64,000 bases of DNA from the human T2T-CHM13v2.0 reference genome, Homo sapiens: assembly GCF_009914755.1 (NCBI RefSeq), contig NC_060933.1. The stretch is one strand, 5' to 3'. A model generated the notes under the pieces. It did not search any database. It was given only the letters and a program-made list of their open reading frames with translations, and was not told where the DNA came from. The translations under genes and the position numbers were made by a program. Positions 1 to 14,661 of the stretch are shown in pieces (the first letter of the stretch is position 1; each line of letters opens with the position of its first letter).

Positions 1-56
1 ATTTATTTAGAAACTTTCAGGTTTCTAAATATATGAATGAACCATAATATAAGCCT

Positions 57-1105
<1,049 letters not shown>

Positions 1106-1124
1106 AAATTAAGTGAGAAAAAAG

Positions 1125-1191
1125 GGTAAAATGACTGAGTAGGGCATTAGACTGTACATCTAAAAACAGAGGTCAAGGCCTGTTTTTACCA
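1125..1191 (+). pseudogene. MT-TY: NUMT mt-tRNA-Tyr remnant
   Basis: GGTAAAATGACTGAGT...GACTGTACATCTAAA...TTTTTACCA, adjacent to the COX1 start as in mtDNA gene order. Confidence 0.88.
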
Positions 1192-1250
1192 GTCCCGAGG
1201 TGATTTTCATGTTGAATTGTAAATTCAAAGAAGCAGCTTCAATCCTGCTT
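1191..1250 (+). pseudogene. MT-TC: NUMT mt-tRNA-Cys remnant (anticodon GCA>GTA)
   Basis: AGTCCCGAGGTGATTTTCATGTTGAATTGTAAATTCAAAGAAGCAGCTTCAATCCTG. Confidence 0.85.
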
Positions 1251-1283
1251 CTCTCACCTTTATTCCCCCAGCGGCTGGAGAAA
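1248..1283. other. NUMT remnant of light-strand replication origin (OL)
   Basis: CTTCTCTCACC...GCGGCTGGAGAAA decayed stem-loop between the Cys and Asn tRNA remnants. Confidence 0.7.
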
Positions 1284-1351
1284 TAGATTCAAACCAGTTG
1301 ACTAGGGAGTTCAGCTGTTGAGTTTTCGTGGGTTTAAGTCTCATCAATTTG
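1284..1351 (+). pseudogene. MT-TN: NUMT mt-tRNA-Asn remnant
   Basis: TAGATTCAAACCAGTTGACTAGGG...AGCTGTT...GTGGGTTTAAGTCTCAT. Confidence 0.85.
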
Positions 1352-1352
1352 T

Positions 1353-1396
1353 AAGGACTTAGCTTACTTAAAGTGATTGATCTGTATTCAATTGAT
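1353..1396 (+). pseudogene. MT-TA: NUMT mt-tRNA-Ala, 5' part only (cut at inversion junction)
   Basis: AAGGACTTAGCTTACTTAAAGTGATTGATCTGTATTCAATTGAT. Confidence 0.8.
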
Positions 1397-1404
1397 CAAG
1401 GGTG

Positions 1405-2009
1405 ATCTGTATCTGAGAAAGTACATTTCAGGGCCACCATACAACAACTGTTCAAAAAGGCCTCCAATATGGGATAGTCCTATTTATTATCTCAGAAATA
1501 TTTCTCTTCGCTGGATTCTTTTGAGCATTCTACCATTCTAGCCTAGTCCCTACTCCAGAATTAGGAGGACATTGACCCCCAACAGGTATTTCTCCCCTTG
1601 ACCACCTGGAAGTACCTCTCCTGAATCCATCTGTATTACTTGCATCAGGAGTTTCAATTACTTGAGCCCATCACAGCCTAACAAAAAATAATCAAAAACA
1701 TACAATCCAAGCACTACTTATTACAATTATATTAGGTATTTACTTCACCCTCCTACAAGTCTCAGAATACTTCAAAGCTCCCTTTGCTATTTCTGATGGT
1801 ATTTATGGCTCAATATTTTTTATAGCTACAGGCTTTCACAGACTTCACGTCATTATTGGATCAACATTCCTCAGTCTGCCTTCTCCGCCAATTAAAATAC
1901 CACTTTACATCTAGTCATCACTTTGCCTTTGAAGCCGCTGCCTGATATCGACACTTTGTAGATGTAGTATGACTATTCTTGTATGTTTCTATTTATTGAT
2001 GAGGATCTT
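1405..2009 (+). pseudogene. MT-CO3: NUMT: 3' part of mitochondrial COX3
   Basis: GAGAAAGTACATTTCAGGGCCACCAT...CAAAAAGGCCTCCAATATGGGATA...TATTGATGAGGATCTT matches COX3 to its 3' end. Confidence 0.92.
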
Positions 2010-2070
2010 ACTCTTTTAGTATAAATAGTACCATGATTTCCAAAGTTTCGATAGCATCCGAAAAACAGTA
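2010..2070 (+). pseudogene. MT-TG: NUMT mt-tRNA-Gly remnant
   Basis: ACTCTTTTAGTATAAATAGTACC...TTCCAA between COX3 and ND3. Confidence 0.85.
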
Positions 2071-2375
2071 ATTCGCCTAACATTAACCCTAGTAATCAAC
2101 ACCCTATTAGACCTGTTACTAATAATTATTACATTTTGGCTCCAACTTCATATATATAGAGAGAGAGAGACAGAGAAAAATATATATATGTATAAAATAA
2201 ACATATATAGAAAAGTCTAGCCCTTATGAATGCAGATTTGACCCTCTATCCTCTGCCCACATTCCCTTCTCCATAAAATTCTTTCTAGTAGTCATCACAT
2301 TTCCCCTATTTGAGTTAGAACTCGCCCTACTACTACCCTTACTGTGAGCCCTTCAAACAATCTGATACTAATAAT
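2071..2375 (+). pseudogene. MT-ND3: NUMT: mitochondrial ND3, 3'-truncated, interrupted by TA/GA microsatellite
   Basis: TAATCAACACCCTA...CCCTTATGAATGC...CCCTTCTCCATAAAATTCTTTCTAGTAG...TGAGCCCTTCAAACAA. Confidence 0.9.
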
Positions 2376-5300
2376 CCCTGTGATATGTGTAGTGACTTCA
2401 TACTTCACCTCCCCCCGGATATTATGGCCAATATCAGAGTGGAGAGTGCACCCCTGCAATATGGGGAGTGACATCATCCTCTCCCCACTGGATGTTATGG
2501 ACAATATCACAGGGGGTTTACTTTCTCTGCGATATGGGGAATAATATCCTCCTGTCCCCGCCTGGATGTTAGACATATTTACAGGGGGGTGTCCACCCCC
2601 TGTCATATGGGGAGTAGTAATATCCTCTCCTGCCCTGGATGTTATGGACAATATATAGGGAGATGTACAATCCCTTCGATATGCGAAGTAATATCATCCT
2701 CCTCCCCCTAAACGTTACGAACAGTATCAGAGGGGGGTGTACACCCCCTGCGATATCTGGAGTAGTATCATCCCCTTCTTCCCTAAATGTTACAGAGACT
2801 ATCACAGGGGTGTGTACACCTTCTGAAACATGGGAATAATATTCTCTTCCCCTCTGGATGTTATGGACAACACTACAGCCGTGTGTACACCCTCTATGAT
2901 ATGCGGAGTAATATCATCCTCACCCCCCCCGGATGTAAGTGACAATACCACAAACGGGTTTACATCCCCCGTGATATGGGGAGTAATATCATCCTCTTTC
3001 CCACTGGATATTAACAATATCACACGGGGATGTACAACCCCTGTGATATTGGGAAAAATATCTTCTAATCCACTGAAAATTATAAACAATATCACCAGTG
3101 TACACTCCCTGTGATATTGGAAGTAATATCATCCTCTAATCCCCTAAAAATTATGAACAGTATCACAGGGGAGTGTATACTTACTACTATATTGGGAGTA
3201 ATATCATCCTGTCCTCTTCTAAATATTATGAACAATATTACAGGGGATGTAACACTCCCTGCGATATGTGGAGTAATATCATCCTCTCCTCCCCTAAATA
3301 TTGTGAACAATATCGCAGGAAGTTGTACACAACCTGCAATATTGTTTGTAGTATCCAGTGGGAAAGAGGATGCTATTACTCCCCATATCACGGGGTGTAC
3401 ACCCCCACTGTGATATATTCAATAACATCCAGAAGTAATATTACTGACAAAATTGCAGGGGGTGTAAACCCCACCTGTTATACTGTTCCTAATATCCCGG
3501 GGAAGAGAGGATGATATTATTCCCAATATTGCAGGGGGTGTACACCCACCCTATGATATTGTTCTTAATATCCAGGAGGGGAGACAATGGTATTACTCAC
3601 AGTATCAAAGAGGTTGTACAGCCCCCCTGTGATAGTTTCTAATATCCAGGGGGTGTACACCCCCCTTGTGATATTGTTCCTAATATGTAGGGGGAAGGAC
3701 AATGATATTACTGTCCATATCACAGGGGGTGTACAACATGCCCCCCAGGATATCATTTCTAATATCCATGGGAAGAAAGAATATTACAATATCGCAGAAG
3801 TTGTACACCCCCTCTGTGATATTGTTCCTAATATCAAAGACGGAAGGGTATGATGTTCTTCCCAAAATCACAGGGAGTGTACACACACCCTGTGCTATTT
3901 TTCCTAATATCGAGAGTGAGAGACAATGATACTTCCAATATCGTAAGGAGTGTACACTCTCCCCGTGATACCAGGTGGGGAAATGTTGATATTACTCCAA
4001 ATATCGCAGTGGGTGTACACACGTTTTGCGATATTGTTCCTAATATCAAGTTGGGGGGAGGATTGTATTACTCCCAACATATTACTCCCCACACCCCATT
4101 ATACTGTTCTTAATAACCAGATTTGGAGAGGATGATATTACTCCCAAAATCTCAGGAGTTGTAGACCCCTTCTGTGATACTGTTTCTTATATCCAGGGGA
4201 AGACTAGATGATAATACTCCCAACAGTACAGGGTGTTACACGCCACCCCCCATGATATTGTTTCTAATATTAAGTTGGGGAGAGGGTGATATTACTCCCA
4301 ATAGTGCAAAGGGTGCACACCAGCCCTGTGATATTATTCCTAGTATCCAGAGGAGGAGAGAATGGTATTATTTTTAATATCACAGAGAGTGCACACCCCC
4401 CTTGTGATACTGCTCCTAACATCCAAGGGGTAGAGGATGAAATTACTCCCAATATCACAGTGGGTATACAGCTCCCCGTGGTATTGTTCCTAATATCCAG
4501 GGGGGATAGGATGATAGTACTATAAATATTGCAAAGGGTGTACACCCCTTCTGATATTGTTACTAATATCCGTGGGGGGAGTCGATGATATTACTTCCAA
4601 TATCACAGGGTATGTACACCCCCCTTGTGATATTGTTCCTAATATCCTGGGAGGAGACTACGATATTACTGGCAATATCGCAGGGTGTGTGCATTCCAGT
4701 GATATTGTTCCTAATGTCCAGCAAGGGAGAAAATATTACTCCCAATATGGCGGGGGTGTACACTTCCCATGCGATATTGTTCCTAATATCCATGGGGGAA
4801 AAGGATGATATTACTCTAAATGTCGCAGGAGGTGTAAACTGCCCCTGTGATATTGTTCTCAATATCCATGGGGGGAGAGAATGATATTACTCCCAATATC
4901 ACAGGTGGTGTACACCCCTCCTGTTATATTATTCCTAATATCCAGTTTGGGAGAGAATAATATTACAGATAAAATCGCAGGGGGTGTACACTCCGCCTGT
5001 GATATTGTTCCTAATATCCCAGGGAAGAGTGAACAATATTACTCCCAATATCGCAGGATGTGTACACACCCTTTGTGGTATTGTTCCTAATATCCATAGG
5101 GGGAGAGGGTGATACCACTCCCAATAGTGCAGAAAAGGTACAGCCCCGCTGTGATATCATTCCCAATATCCACAGGGGAGTGGATGATATTATTCCCAAT
5201 ATCGCAGAGGGCATACACCCCTCCCCGTGATATTGTTCGTAATACCCAGGGGGTAGAGGATGATATTACTCCCAATATCGCAGTGAGTGTACACCCACCC

Positions 5301-6225
5301 TGTGATATTGTTCCTAATACCCATGTGGAAAGGGTATAAAGTTACTCCCAATATCACAGGGGATGTACAACTCCCTTGTGATATTGTTCCTAATATTCGG
5401 GGGAGAGACAATGATATAGCTGTCCGTATTGCAGGTGGTGTACAATCCCCTGGGAATTTGTTCCTAATATTCGGTGGGGAAGATGATATTAATTAAAATG
5501 TCATGGGGGTATACAACCCCTTTGTGATATTATTCCTAATATCCAGGGAAAGAAAGAATATTATTCCCAATATCACAGGGGATGTACACCCCTCTCTGAT
5601 ACTGTTTCTAATATCCCTGGGGGGAGTCTATAATATCACTGGCAATATCATAAGGAGTGTATACCCCCCGTTATATTGTTCCTTATGTCCAGCAAGGGAG
5701 AAAATATTAATCCCAATATGGAACAGGGTGTACACACCCATGAGGTATTGTTCCTAATATCCAGGGAGGGAAAGGATGATATTACTCCCAATGTTGCAGT
5801 GGTGTATAACCCCCCCGTGATATTGTTCCTAATATCTAGGTGGGGAAAGTACAGTATTACTCCCAATATAGCAGGGGTTGTACACCGCCTTTGTGATATT
5901 GTTCTAAATATACATGGGGAAAGAAAATGATAGTACTCCCCAATATCGCAGGTGGTGTACAACCCCTTGTGATACTGTTTCTAATATCCATGTTGGGGGA
6001 GGATATTACTCCCAATATTGCACGTGTTGCACAGACCCCCTTTGATATTGTTTGTACTATGCAGGGTGTGGGGGGAGAGGATGATATTGGGAGTAATATC
6101 ACCCTCTCTCCCCAGATATTAAAAGCAATATTCAGGGTGGTCGACACCTCCTGCAATATTGAGTATAATATCCTCTCCCAACCTGGATATTAGGAACAAT
6201 ATCACAGTGGCAGGTACACTCCCTT
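2376..6225. repeat. SATR1/SATR2-like satellite, ~75-bp diverged monomer, ~50 copies, two orientation switches
   Basis: Recurrent TGTACACCCCCTGTGATATTGTTCCTAATATCCAGGGGGGAGAGGATGATATTACTCCCAATATCGCAGGGGG; GTGATATTG recurs at 5227 and 5302 (75 bp). Confidence 0.88.
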
Positions 6226-8250
6226 CCTTTCACCATATACAAAAATCAACTCAAGATGGATGAAGGACTTATGTAAGACCCAAAACTATATAAACCCTAG
6301 AAGAAAACTTAGGAAATATAATTCTGGACATAGACGCTGGCAAAGATTTCACGATGAAGACTCCAAAAGCAATTGCAACAAGAAGAATTGACGAGTGGGA
6401 CCTCATGAAACTAAAGAGCTTCAGCACAGCAAAAGAAACTATCAACAGAGAACACCCTACAGAACAGAAGAAAATATTTTCAAATTACATATCTGAAAAA
6501 TGTCTAATACTCAGCATGTATAAAGAATCAATAAGCAAAAAACAAACCCACTACAAATAGGCAAAGAACATGAACCCCCACATTCACCATCCTCAAGTCC
6601 ATGTGCAACTTCTTTCTGGATGCTGGACAAGGACTTGGGTACCAAGAGGGCACTGAATGGGTTAACACTTAAGCTGTCTGTGGATTCTTTTTTCAAAAGA
6701 CAATGTATGTGTGGCAAACAACCATATGAAAAAATACTCAACATCACTAATCATCAGAAAATCAGAACCATGAGATACCATATCACACTGGTCAGAATGG
6801 CTATTATTAAAAAATCAAAACATAACAGACAGTGCTGAGTTTGTGGAAAAAAGGGAATGCTTATACACTGCTGGTGGTGATATAGAAAAGAGACAGGGAA
6901 ATACTGGGTAGAAGAGAGTGGTTCCCTGGCAAAGCCCTGCCCACAAGCCTGGAAACCCATGGCCCTAAATGGGAACAGGCATTCCTGCTTTTGCACCCAA
7001 AAGTTGTCTTTCAGTTCACCATGCACCCCCTGTCCTGTACCCATATATGCCCCAGACCCCAGGCTCCAGAAGCAGACAAGCAGATGAGGAGATAAACAGA
7101 AGAGCAGAATTGCAGAATGATGTGGCAGAAAGAAGAGAAGGAGCATCTGAATGCCAAGAGGAGTTTGGCTGGCAGTGGTTGGAGAGATCAGCCTCTGGAT
7201 GGCAAAGCTCCCGGGGAAGATCATCTTCCCATTCCATCCCCTTTCCAGCTCCCCATCCATCCCATTGAGTGCCACCTCCACCACTCAATAAAACCGCCAC
7301 ATTCACCATCCTTAAGTCTGTGTGCAACTTAATTCTTTCTGGATGCTGGACAAGGAACTGGGTACCAAGAGGGCACTGAACGGGTTAACACTTAAGCCGT
7401 CTGTGGATGGCAAAGCTAAAAGAGTGCACTGTAACACACGCCCACTTGGGCTGTGGGAGTCACAGGCACCCACCCCTAGACAGTACCATGGCCACTTGCC
7501 CTGCCTATTGCACCTGCCTGTCTGCATGCTCCCCTGCCCAGTAAGGTGTTTGACAGCACACACCATGGCCAGACAAACCACACCCCTGTTGCACATCCTG
7601 CCAAGGGGAGTCAGGGAACTCTCCAGTTTCATCAGGAATGTAAATTTGTTCAGCCACTGTGGAAAGCAGTTTGGAGATTTCTGAAATAACTTAAAACAGA
7701 ACTACCATTCAACCCAGCAATCCCATTACTGGGTATATACCCAGAGGAATATAAATCATTCTGTCATAGACATATGCACGCATATTTTCATTATAACACT
7801 ATTCACAATAGCAAAGACACAGAATCAACTTAGATGCCTGTTAACAGAAGACTGGATTAAAAAATGCAGCGTACATACACCATGGAATACTACACACCTA
7901 TAAAATAGGATGAAATAATGTCTTTTGCAGCAACATGAATGGAGCTGGATACCATTATTCTAAGTGAATTAATGCAGGAACAGAAAACCAAACAAACACT
8001 GCATGTTCTCACTTATAAGTGGGGGTTAAACATTGAGTCCACATGGACACAAAGAAGGGAACAATAGACACAAGGTCTACTGTGGGTGGAGGGTCGGGGG
8101 GAGAGTGAGGATCAAAAAACTCCCTATTAGATACTACGCTCACTACCTGGATGACTACGTAATCTGTATACCGAATCCCATTGACACACATTTTACCCAT
8201 ATAATAAACCTGCACATGTACCCGCTGAACCTAAAATAAATGTTGGAAGG
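6226..8250 (+). mobile_element. Old L1PA/L1PB 3' fragment (ORF2 end + 3' UTR), interrupted by MER50
   Basis: CACCATATACAAAAATCAACTCAAGATGGAT...; 3' end CTGCACATGTACCCGCTGAACCTAAAATAAA. Confidence 0.88.
6878..7631 (+). mobile_element. Solo ERV1 LTR, MER50-like
   Basis: TG...CA termini (TGATATAGAAAAGAGACAGGGAAATACTGGGTAGAAG ... GGGAACTCTCCAGTTTCA), internal AATAAA at ~7287, L1 resumes on both sides. Confidence 0.82.
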
Positions 8251-10085
8251 AAATAGTTACAACCAACTCTTGTACTATTGTGAGGAAACAATCATATGTG
8301 TTGACAAAAAATCAACTACTAATAGATTTATAATAGTATCTATGTAGTAGAAAAATATCAGATATAACTTATATACCCAAAAGTATGACTTAAAAACAGC
8401 ATGACAATCTTTATGATGGGATATTGTGCAACTACTAGAAGCACATTTTCAGAGATTATTTATTAACATATGATAATGACTACATTGAGTGGTTTTTAGA
8501 AGCATGAATTGAAACCATGTATAAGCTGACTTTATTGAACTTATATATAACATTACACACACATTTACATAATTATAAAATAAGTATGCTCATGTTCATA
8601 ACATTTATTTATTTATATGCATATGTAAGGCCAATAGGAAGTAATCTCTGTATCTGAGTTATTATTTCATAAATAATTTATGCTTGTTCTGTGAAAATAA
8701 AAACACTGTTATGGATCTTCCAAGTATCCTGAAAGGATGCAGTTTATAATTAAACAATAACAATTTTAGAAATAATTATTTTAAATAAGGCTATGATAAA
8801 TCTGGTTTCATTGCACACTTTAACTTTGGAATATTTCATGAAGCGTCCCTTGATCACGACTCTCATATTCAGGAGTTTTTTGAGATCAAAATGGGACAAT
8901 CAGTATGAATCTATTTTTTAGACATGCAAATGGATAACTTTAAATAGCAGTAGCGATATAATCAGAGTGCACAGTTGCTCTGGGACAAAACTTGGAAATG
9001 AGCATATTTTTAGATTCTTAATGTTTTACACACTTTAGCATTCCACAGCACCATAACATACTCATTTTTCTACTAAAACACCTCGGTAGAAATTCACAGT
9101 AGAGATCAGGCTTGTCCTTCATACATTAACTAATCAAGTAGGAAAGTGCAAATGAGAACACAGTGCCAAACATAGGCACCACATGGAAACAAGCATGGAA
9201 CTGCCAGGAAGCCATTTTTGTAGCTTTATAGCCCAATTATATTTTTCCTAATGTATTGCAAACAAAACTTGGGGAAAAAAAAAAGAGGCAGAGAGAAAAC
9301 AGGTTATATCAGCCCTATCTCACAATCCACAAGTTCATCCTATTAGAGGAGGAACTATGTAAAACAAATTTTATCTGTTGAATGTCCTATTTAGTTAATC
9401 GCAAAACTGTACGAGAACACAATTGTGACTTATTTAGCAGCTTGTTTGTTCGCTTTCCACTGGCTTCACAAATGTCCTTTGGAAAGAGAAAGTACATTTG
9501 GAACCCTGTACACCTTTTCTTTCTCCAGTACCCTCTTGTCACTTCCATCACTAAGGGGACAGAAGCAACTAGGGGCAATGCATTTGTAGCACACCTGGGT
9601 CAGAGGTATCCTCCAGGGAAGGATCAGATCTGCTTGAAAGCATGTCCTTGGAATTGGGAGGCTTCTAGTAGCTATAACATAAGCACTGATGTTTACTGTT
9701 CCCTGCCCTCCACTTTGATCACTCTGGGAAACGTTTTTTTAAAAAATCAATTGTATTGAAACATAATTTACATAAAATAAATACTCCTATTTTAAAGTGC
9801 ACAGTTTGCTGAGTTTTGCCAGATGTAACCATCCAGGTGAATAAAATTGATTAAACTGATCTTTCAAATAATAAATTAACCTTGCAATCTTGCTAGAAAC
9901 TTAATTTGTTCAGTTTATTATCCATTCTATGTACTGCTACATTCAATTGGTTATTATGTTTTAAGGACTTTTGAGTCTATGTTTATGAGGGATAAACATC
10001 AAAGTTGTATAATGCCTTTGTCTCGATTTGGAATCAGGGCAATACTGGGTTAATAAAATAAGATAGGAAGTGTCCCTTTAAATTC

Positions 10086-10388
<303 letters not shown>

Positions 10389-10433
10389 CTTAAGTTCTAT
10401 TTCTTAAAAAGGGTCTGTTCAAGATTGATATTA

Positions 10434-10779
10434 TAGATACTCCTCAACTTACAATGGGCTTATGTCTTCATGAACTCATCCTAAATTGAAAATATTGTAA
10501 GTCTAAAACACATTTAATATATTTAACCTACTGAATATCATGACTTAGCCTCGCCTACCTTAAACTTGCTCAGAACACTTACATTAGCCTACAATTGGTC
10601 AAAATCATCTACCATAAGACCTATTTTAAAATATTGAGTATCTCATGAAATTTATTGAAAACTATACTGATAGTGAAAAACTGGTCACGTTGATGCTCAT
10701 CATTAATGTACACAGATGAAAGCACCATTGTCAAGTCAGAAGAGCACAAGTCAAACCACCATAAGTTGAGGACTCTCTG
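10434..10779 (+). mobile_element. TcMar-Tigger MITE, MER47A-like
   Basis: Inverted termini TAGATACTCCTCAACTTAC / ATAAGTTGAGGACTCTCTG, flanked by TA on both sides. Confidence 0.8.
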
Positions 10780-10789
10780 TACTTTCTTA

Positions 10790-12780
10790 AATATTTGATA
10801 GAATTCACCTAAGAAACCATGCAGCCTGTAATTATAGAAATCTTTTTAAATTAAAAAAATTCTTCAATACATAGAGAAGCTATTACTTTTTCTATTTCAT
10901 TTTGCATCAGTTTTAAGAATTAGTTTTACAAATAATTTCCCATGTTATTTTATTTGTCAAATGTATTGGCCTAAAGTTTTCATAATTATATTGATGTCTG
11001 TAGGTTCTGTAGTTACATCCTCTATTTAATTATCATTATCTACATTATGTAGCTTCTCTAATTTTTTTTGAGATAAATCTTGCTAGCCATTGTTTATTAA
11101 AAAAAATTTTTTCAAACAACCAATTTGTGGGTATATTAATTAGCTCCACCTTTTGTTATTTGCTATGTTGTTGGTTTACATTTTTATCTTTATCATCTTC
11201 CTTCTTCTTAATTCGAATATACTTTGCTGATTTTTTTAGCCTCTTAAAAAAGAACCTAAAGGTCATTGATTGAAGCCTTTTATTTTCAATATATTATATC
11301 TATAAATGTACCTTTAAGAAATGATTTATCTGCATCCCACATTTTATTAAGTTTTTAAAAATTTTTCTTTCAGTTTAAACTATTTTTTTTTGTGTGTGAA
11401 ACTTTTCTTGGCCAATGGGTTTTTCTGAAGTATTTTGTTTAATGTTCAAATGTTGGGGTGTTATTGTATATATCCTACTGTTGTCCATCTCTGGTTCATG
11501 ATACAATGCATGTTCTCCATTGCACTTAGTTGACATGTCTCCATGTGTCTGGAGAATTCCTCAGTCTTTCTAAAATGCTTTTGAAGAATACTGGCAGTTA
11601 TTTTGTAGAATGTCCCTCCTCAATTTCAGTTAGTCTGATGTTTTCTCACGATTAGGACTAAAGTTATACATTTTGTCTAAGAATACCATAGAATTGATGT
11701 TTTGTCCTATTCAGTGCATCATATAAGAAGTTACATGAAGTTCATTTATCTTATTATTAGTAATGTTAACTTTGATCACTTGGCTAAGTTGACATCTCCA
11801 TTTTGAAGTTACTATTCTATAATTATCTTGTGGGAAGATACTTTCATATTATGCAAATATGTTCTTTCCCAACATATATTCACCACTAATCTTAGCATCC
11901 CTCCAAGGTTCTTTCTTGCAACAATTATTACTAAGATATTTGCAAAGTGATGATTCTTATATTTTATGTCTCCTACATTTAATGAAATCTTACTGTAATA
12001 AAATACTGCCCATTCTCAACCTTTGGTTTATTATTTATGTCAATATGGATTAATTTTTTTTTTGAGATGGAGTCTTGCTTTGTCATCCAGGCTGGAATGC
12101 ATTGGTGGGATTTCCACTCACTGCACTTCCACCTTCCGGGATTCAAGCCATTCTCCTGCCTCAGCCTCCTGAGTAGCTGGGACTACAGGCATGTGCCACC
12201 ATGCCCAGCTAATTTTTGTATTTTTAGTAGAGGCAGGGATTCACCACATTGGTCAGGCTGGTCTCGAACTCCTGACCTCAAGTGATCTGCCCGCCTCGGC
12301 CTCCCAAAGGGCTGGGAATACAGGCATGAGCCACCGCACCCAGCCTGGATTAATTGAAAATTTTCTTCTGTAGATTGTAATATATTACTATTGTTATTTA
12401 TTTTAGTGCCCCAATTTTCTCAAATTTGGCTACGGAAGATTATTCAAAGTGGATTCTGTTTCCTTTTCACATTTTCTCCATTTTGTGAGCATTTCCTTAC
12501 TTTCTAACATGACAAAATATTTCAAACTAATCTTGTATTTTCCCTGCCCAATCCTGATATCAAATATGTCCCCAAGGAGCCTTGGTTCCTTTAATTGGAG
12601 AATGGTGTTCTCATTGTTACTGGGATGATGTTGTTTCTAGGCCCTTTTGTTAGAGGAGTTGGAAAATATATGTATGTATACTCACACATTTATACACATC
12701 TGTACTTATTTATACAATTATCCATCTGTATGTATACTAAAAACAATGATTTCATAAAACTTTTGATCCCAATACAACAC
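10790..12780 (-). mobile_element. Ancient L1M fragments
   Basis: T-rich decayed L1-like phrases (e.g. TTTTGTAGAATGTCCCTC, CCAAGGAGCCTTGGTTCCTTT); boundaries uncertain. Confidence 0.5.
12054..12345 (-). mobile_element. Alu (S-type) with TSD TGGATTAATT
   Basis: Full dimer; TSD at 12046-12055 and 12346-12355. Confidence 0.93.
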
Positions 12781-13668
12781 TAGATAAAGACTATATAGGC
12801 CCATTTATTTGCAAATCAGCACATAAACATAGAAGGATTATTAACAATATAAGCTGTAGCTTATGCTAAATGTTGGTTGGAACGGACAATAAATTATGGA
12901 GAACTTCAGAGGACACTAAGGTTGGATGGGATCTTGGAAGTTTTACAGGTCAATGCCACTCCATCTATTGGCTGAGTTTCACTAGGTTAATACATGAACA
13001 ACAAAAATAACCTAGATCAGAAGTTAAAGATCATTTTATTGACTATCTGCCGTGTCTGTGCCATTGCAGTGTACTAGGTGCACTTACGAGTCCTCTACTT
13101 ACAAACTGCTTTTCACAAAATATGAAACTCCAGGTAAAGGTTCAGACATATGACGTTTGTTTTTAAAATCTTTCTACAGCCTCGTATCCCTTTTCCTTTC
13201 CTTCCTTTTACCCTTTTTAAAATGTGTTATGAGTTTTATGTTAGACTAACATCTGTAATGTTGCTATACGCCAGTATTCAGTTGCTGTGTTTGATGAATC
13301 ATAAAATGGTATAAAACTTCAATTAGTGTACATTTTAAATAAAATATCTATGAATGCATCCAGCAAAATGTTTATGATTTGAGTATTCACAAAATATTAC
13401 TTTTCTCTGGATCTAACAATAATGTGAAAACTCAAAATGAATATAAAATATTAGCTAATAATAGATTTCAAAGTATTCTACAAATACAAAAAATATATTA
13501 TTAATTTCATATATGTAAAACATTAATAATTTTTGTCAACATAAACATCATCTTTACACCTAAACTTGTATTAATTCAATTAAGAGTTAATATAGTATCC
13601 TAAAGTCATCAAATATTCAAAAATAGAATGTATTCTGACTTGGAATATACATAAAATTAACTATTTTC

Positions 13669-14037
<369 letters not shown>

Positions 14038-14661
14038 CTAATAATCCTGAGTTTGGTTTTCTTGGTTTTATTTTTTCATTTAGTTTTGTTCACCTTGACC
14101 AGTGGGTTGGTGGTTCTTAGGTGCACCAAGGCTTTCATTTTTCAGTTCAAGATTTTAAAACCTTAATGTGGTAATTTTTCTAATTTTTTTGACATTTACG
14201 TCCCAGGTTGCAAGTTAAAATAAAATTCCCATTTTATTAAAGTCTTTGGTTTATTAATGATTTTATAATGACTTAATATATAATTTAATGAGTAATGAGG
14301 GGTACTACATTTCAGAAATCAACACTGAAGAACTTATTCATGGAACCAAACACCACCTGTTTCTCAAACACCTATTAAAATAAAAATATATGTAAATAAT
14401 TTTTAAAAATAAACACTAAAAATAAAGTGAAAATGAAAAAATATATATCCAGGTTAAAAAAAAAAACTACTTCAATTAAACAATAAATACTTTTTGGGGG
14501 GACTCTACTACAAAATTATTTGTTGTTTATTATAATCAATAATACAGGTAAAAGAATAAGTTTTTAAAAATGGGAAAATTGTAAAAAATAAAACGATATT
14601 AACAAATATTGGTATACTGGTGAAGGCTGGGCTCAGTGGCTGCTTTCCAAATGGTTACATC

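Noticed and set aside
1125-2070. Functional tRNA genes
   Set aside because: Mitochondrial-type decayed copies with indels and at least one mutated anticodon, inside a NUMT
2295-6193. Dozens of short overlapping ORFs
   Set aside because: All derive from the 75-bp satellite monomer
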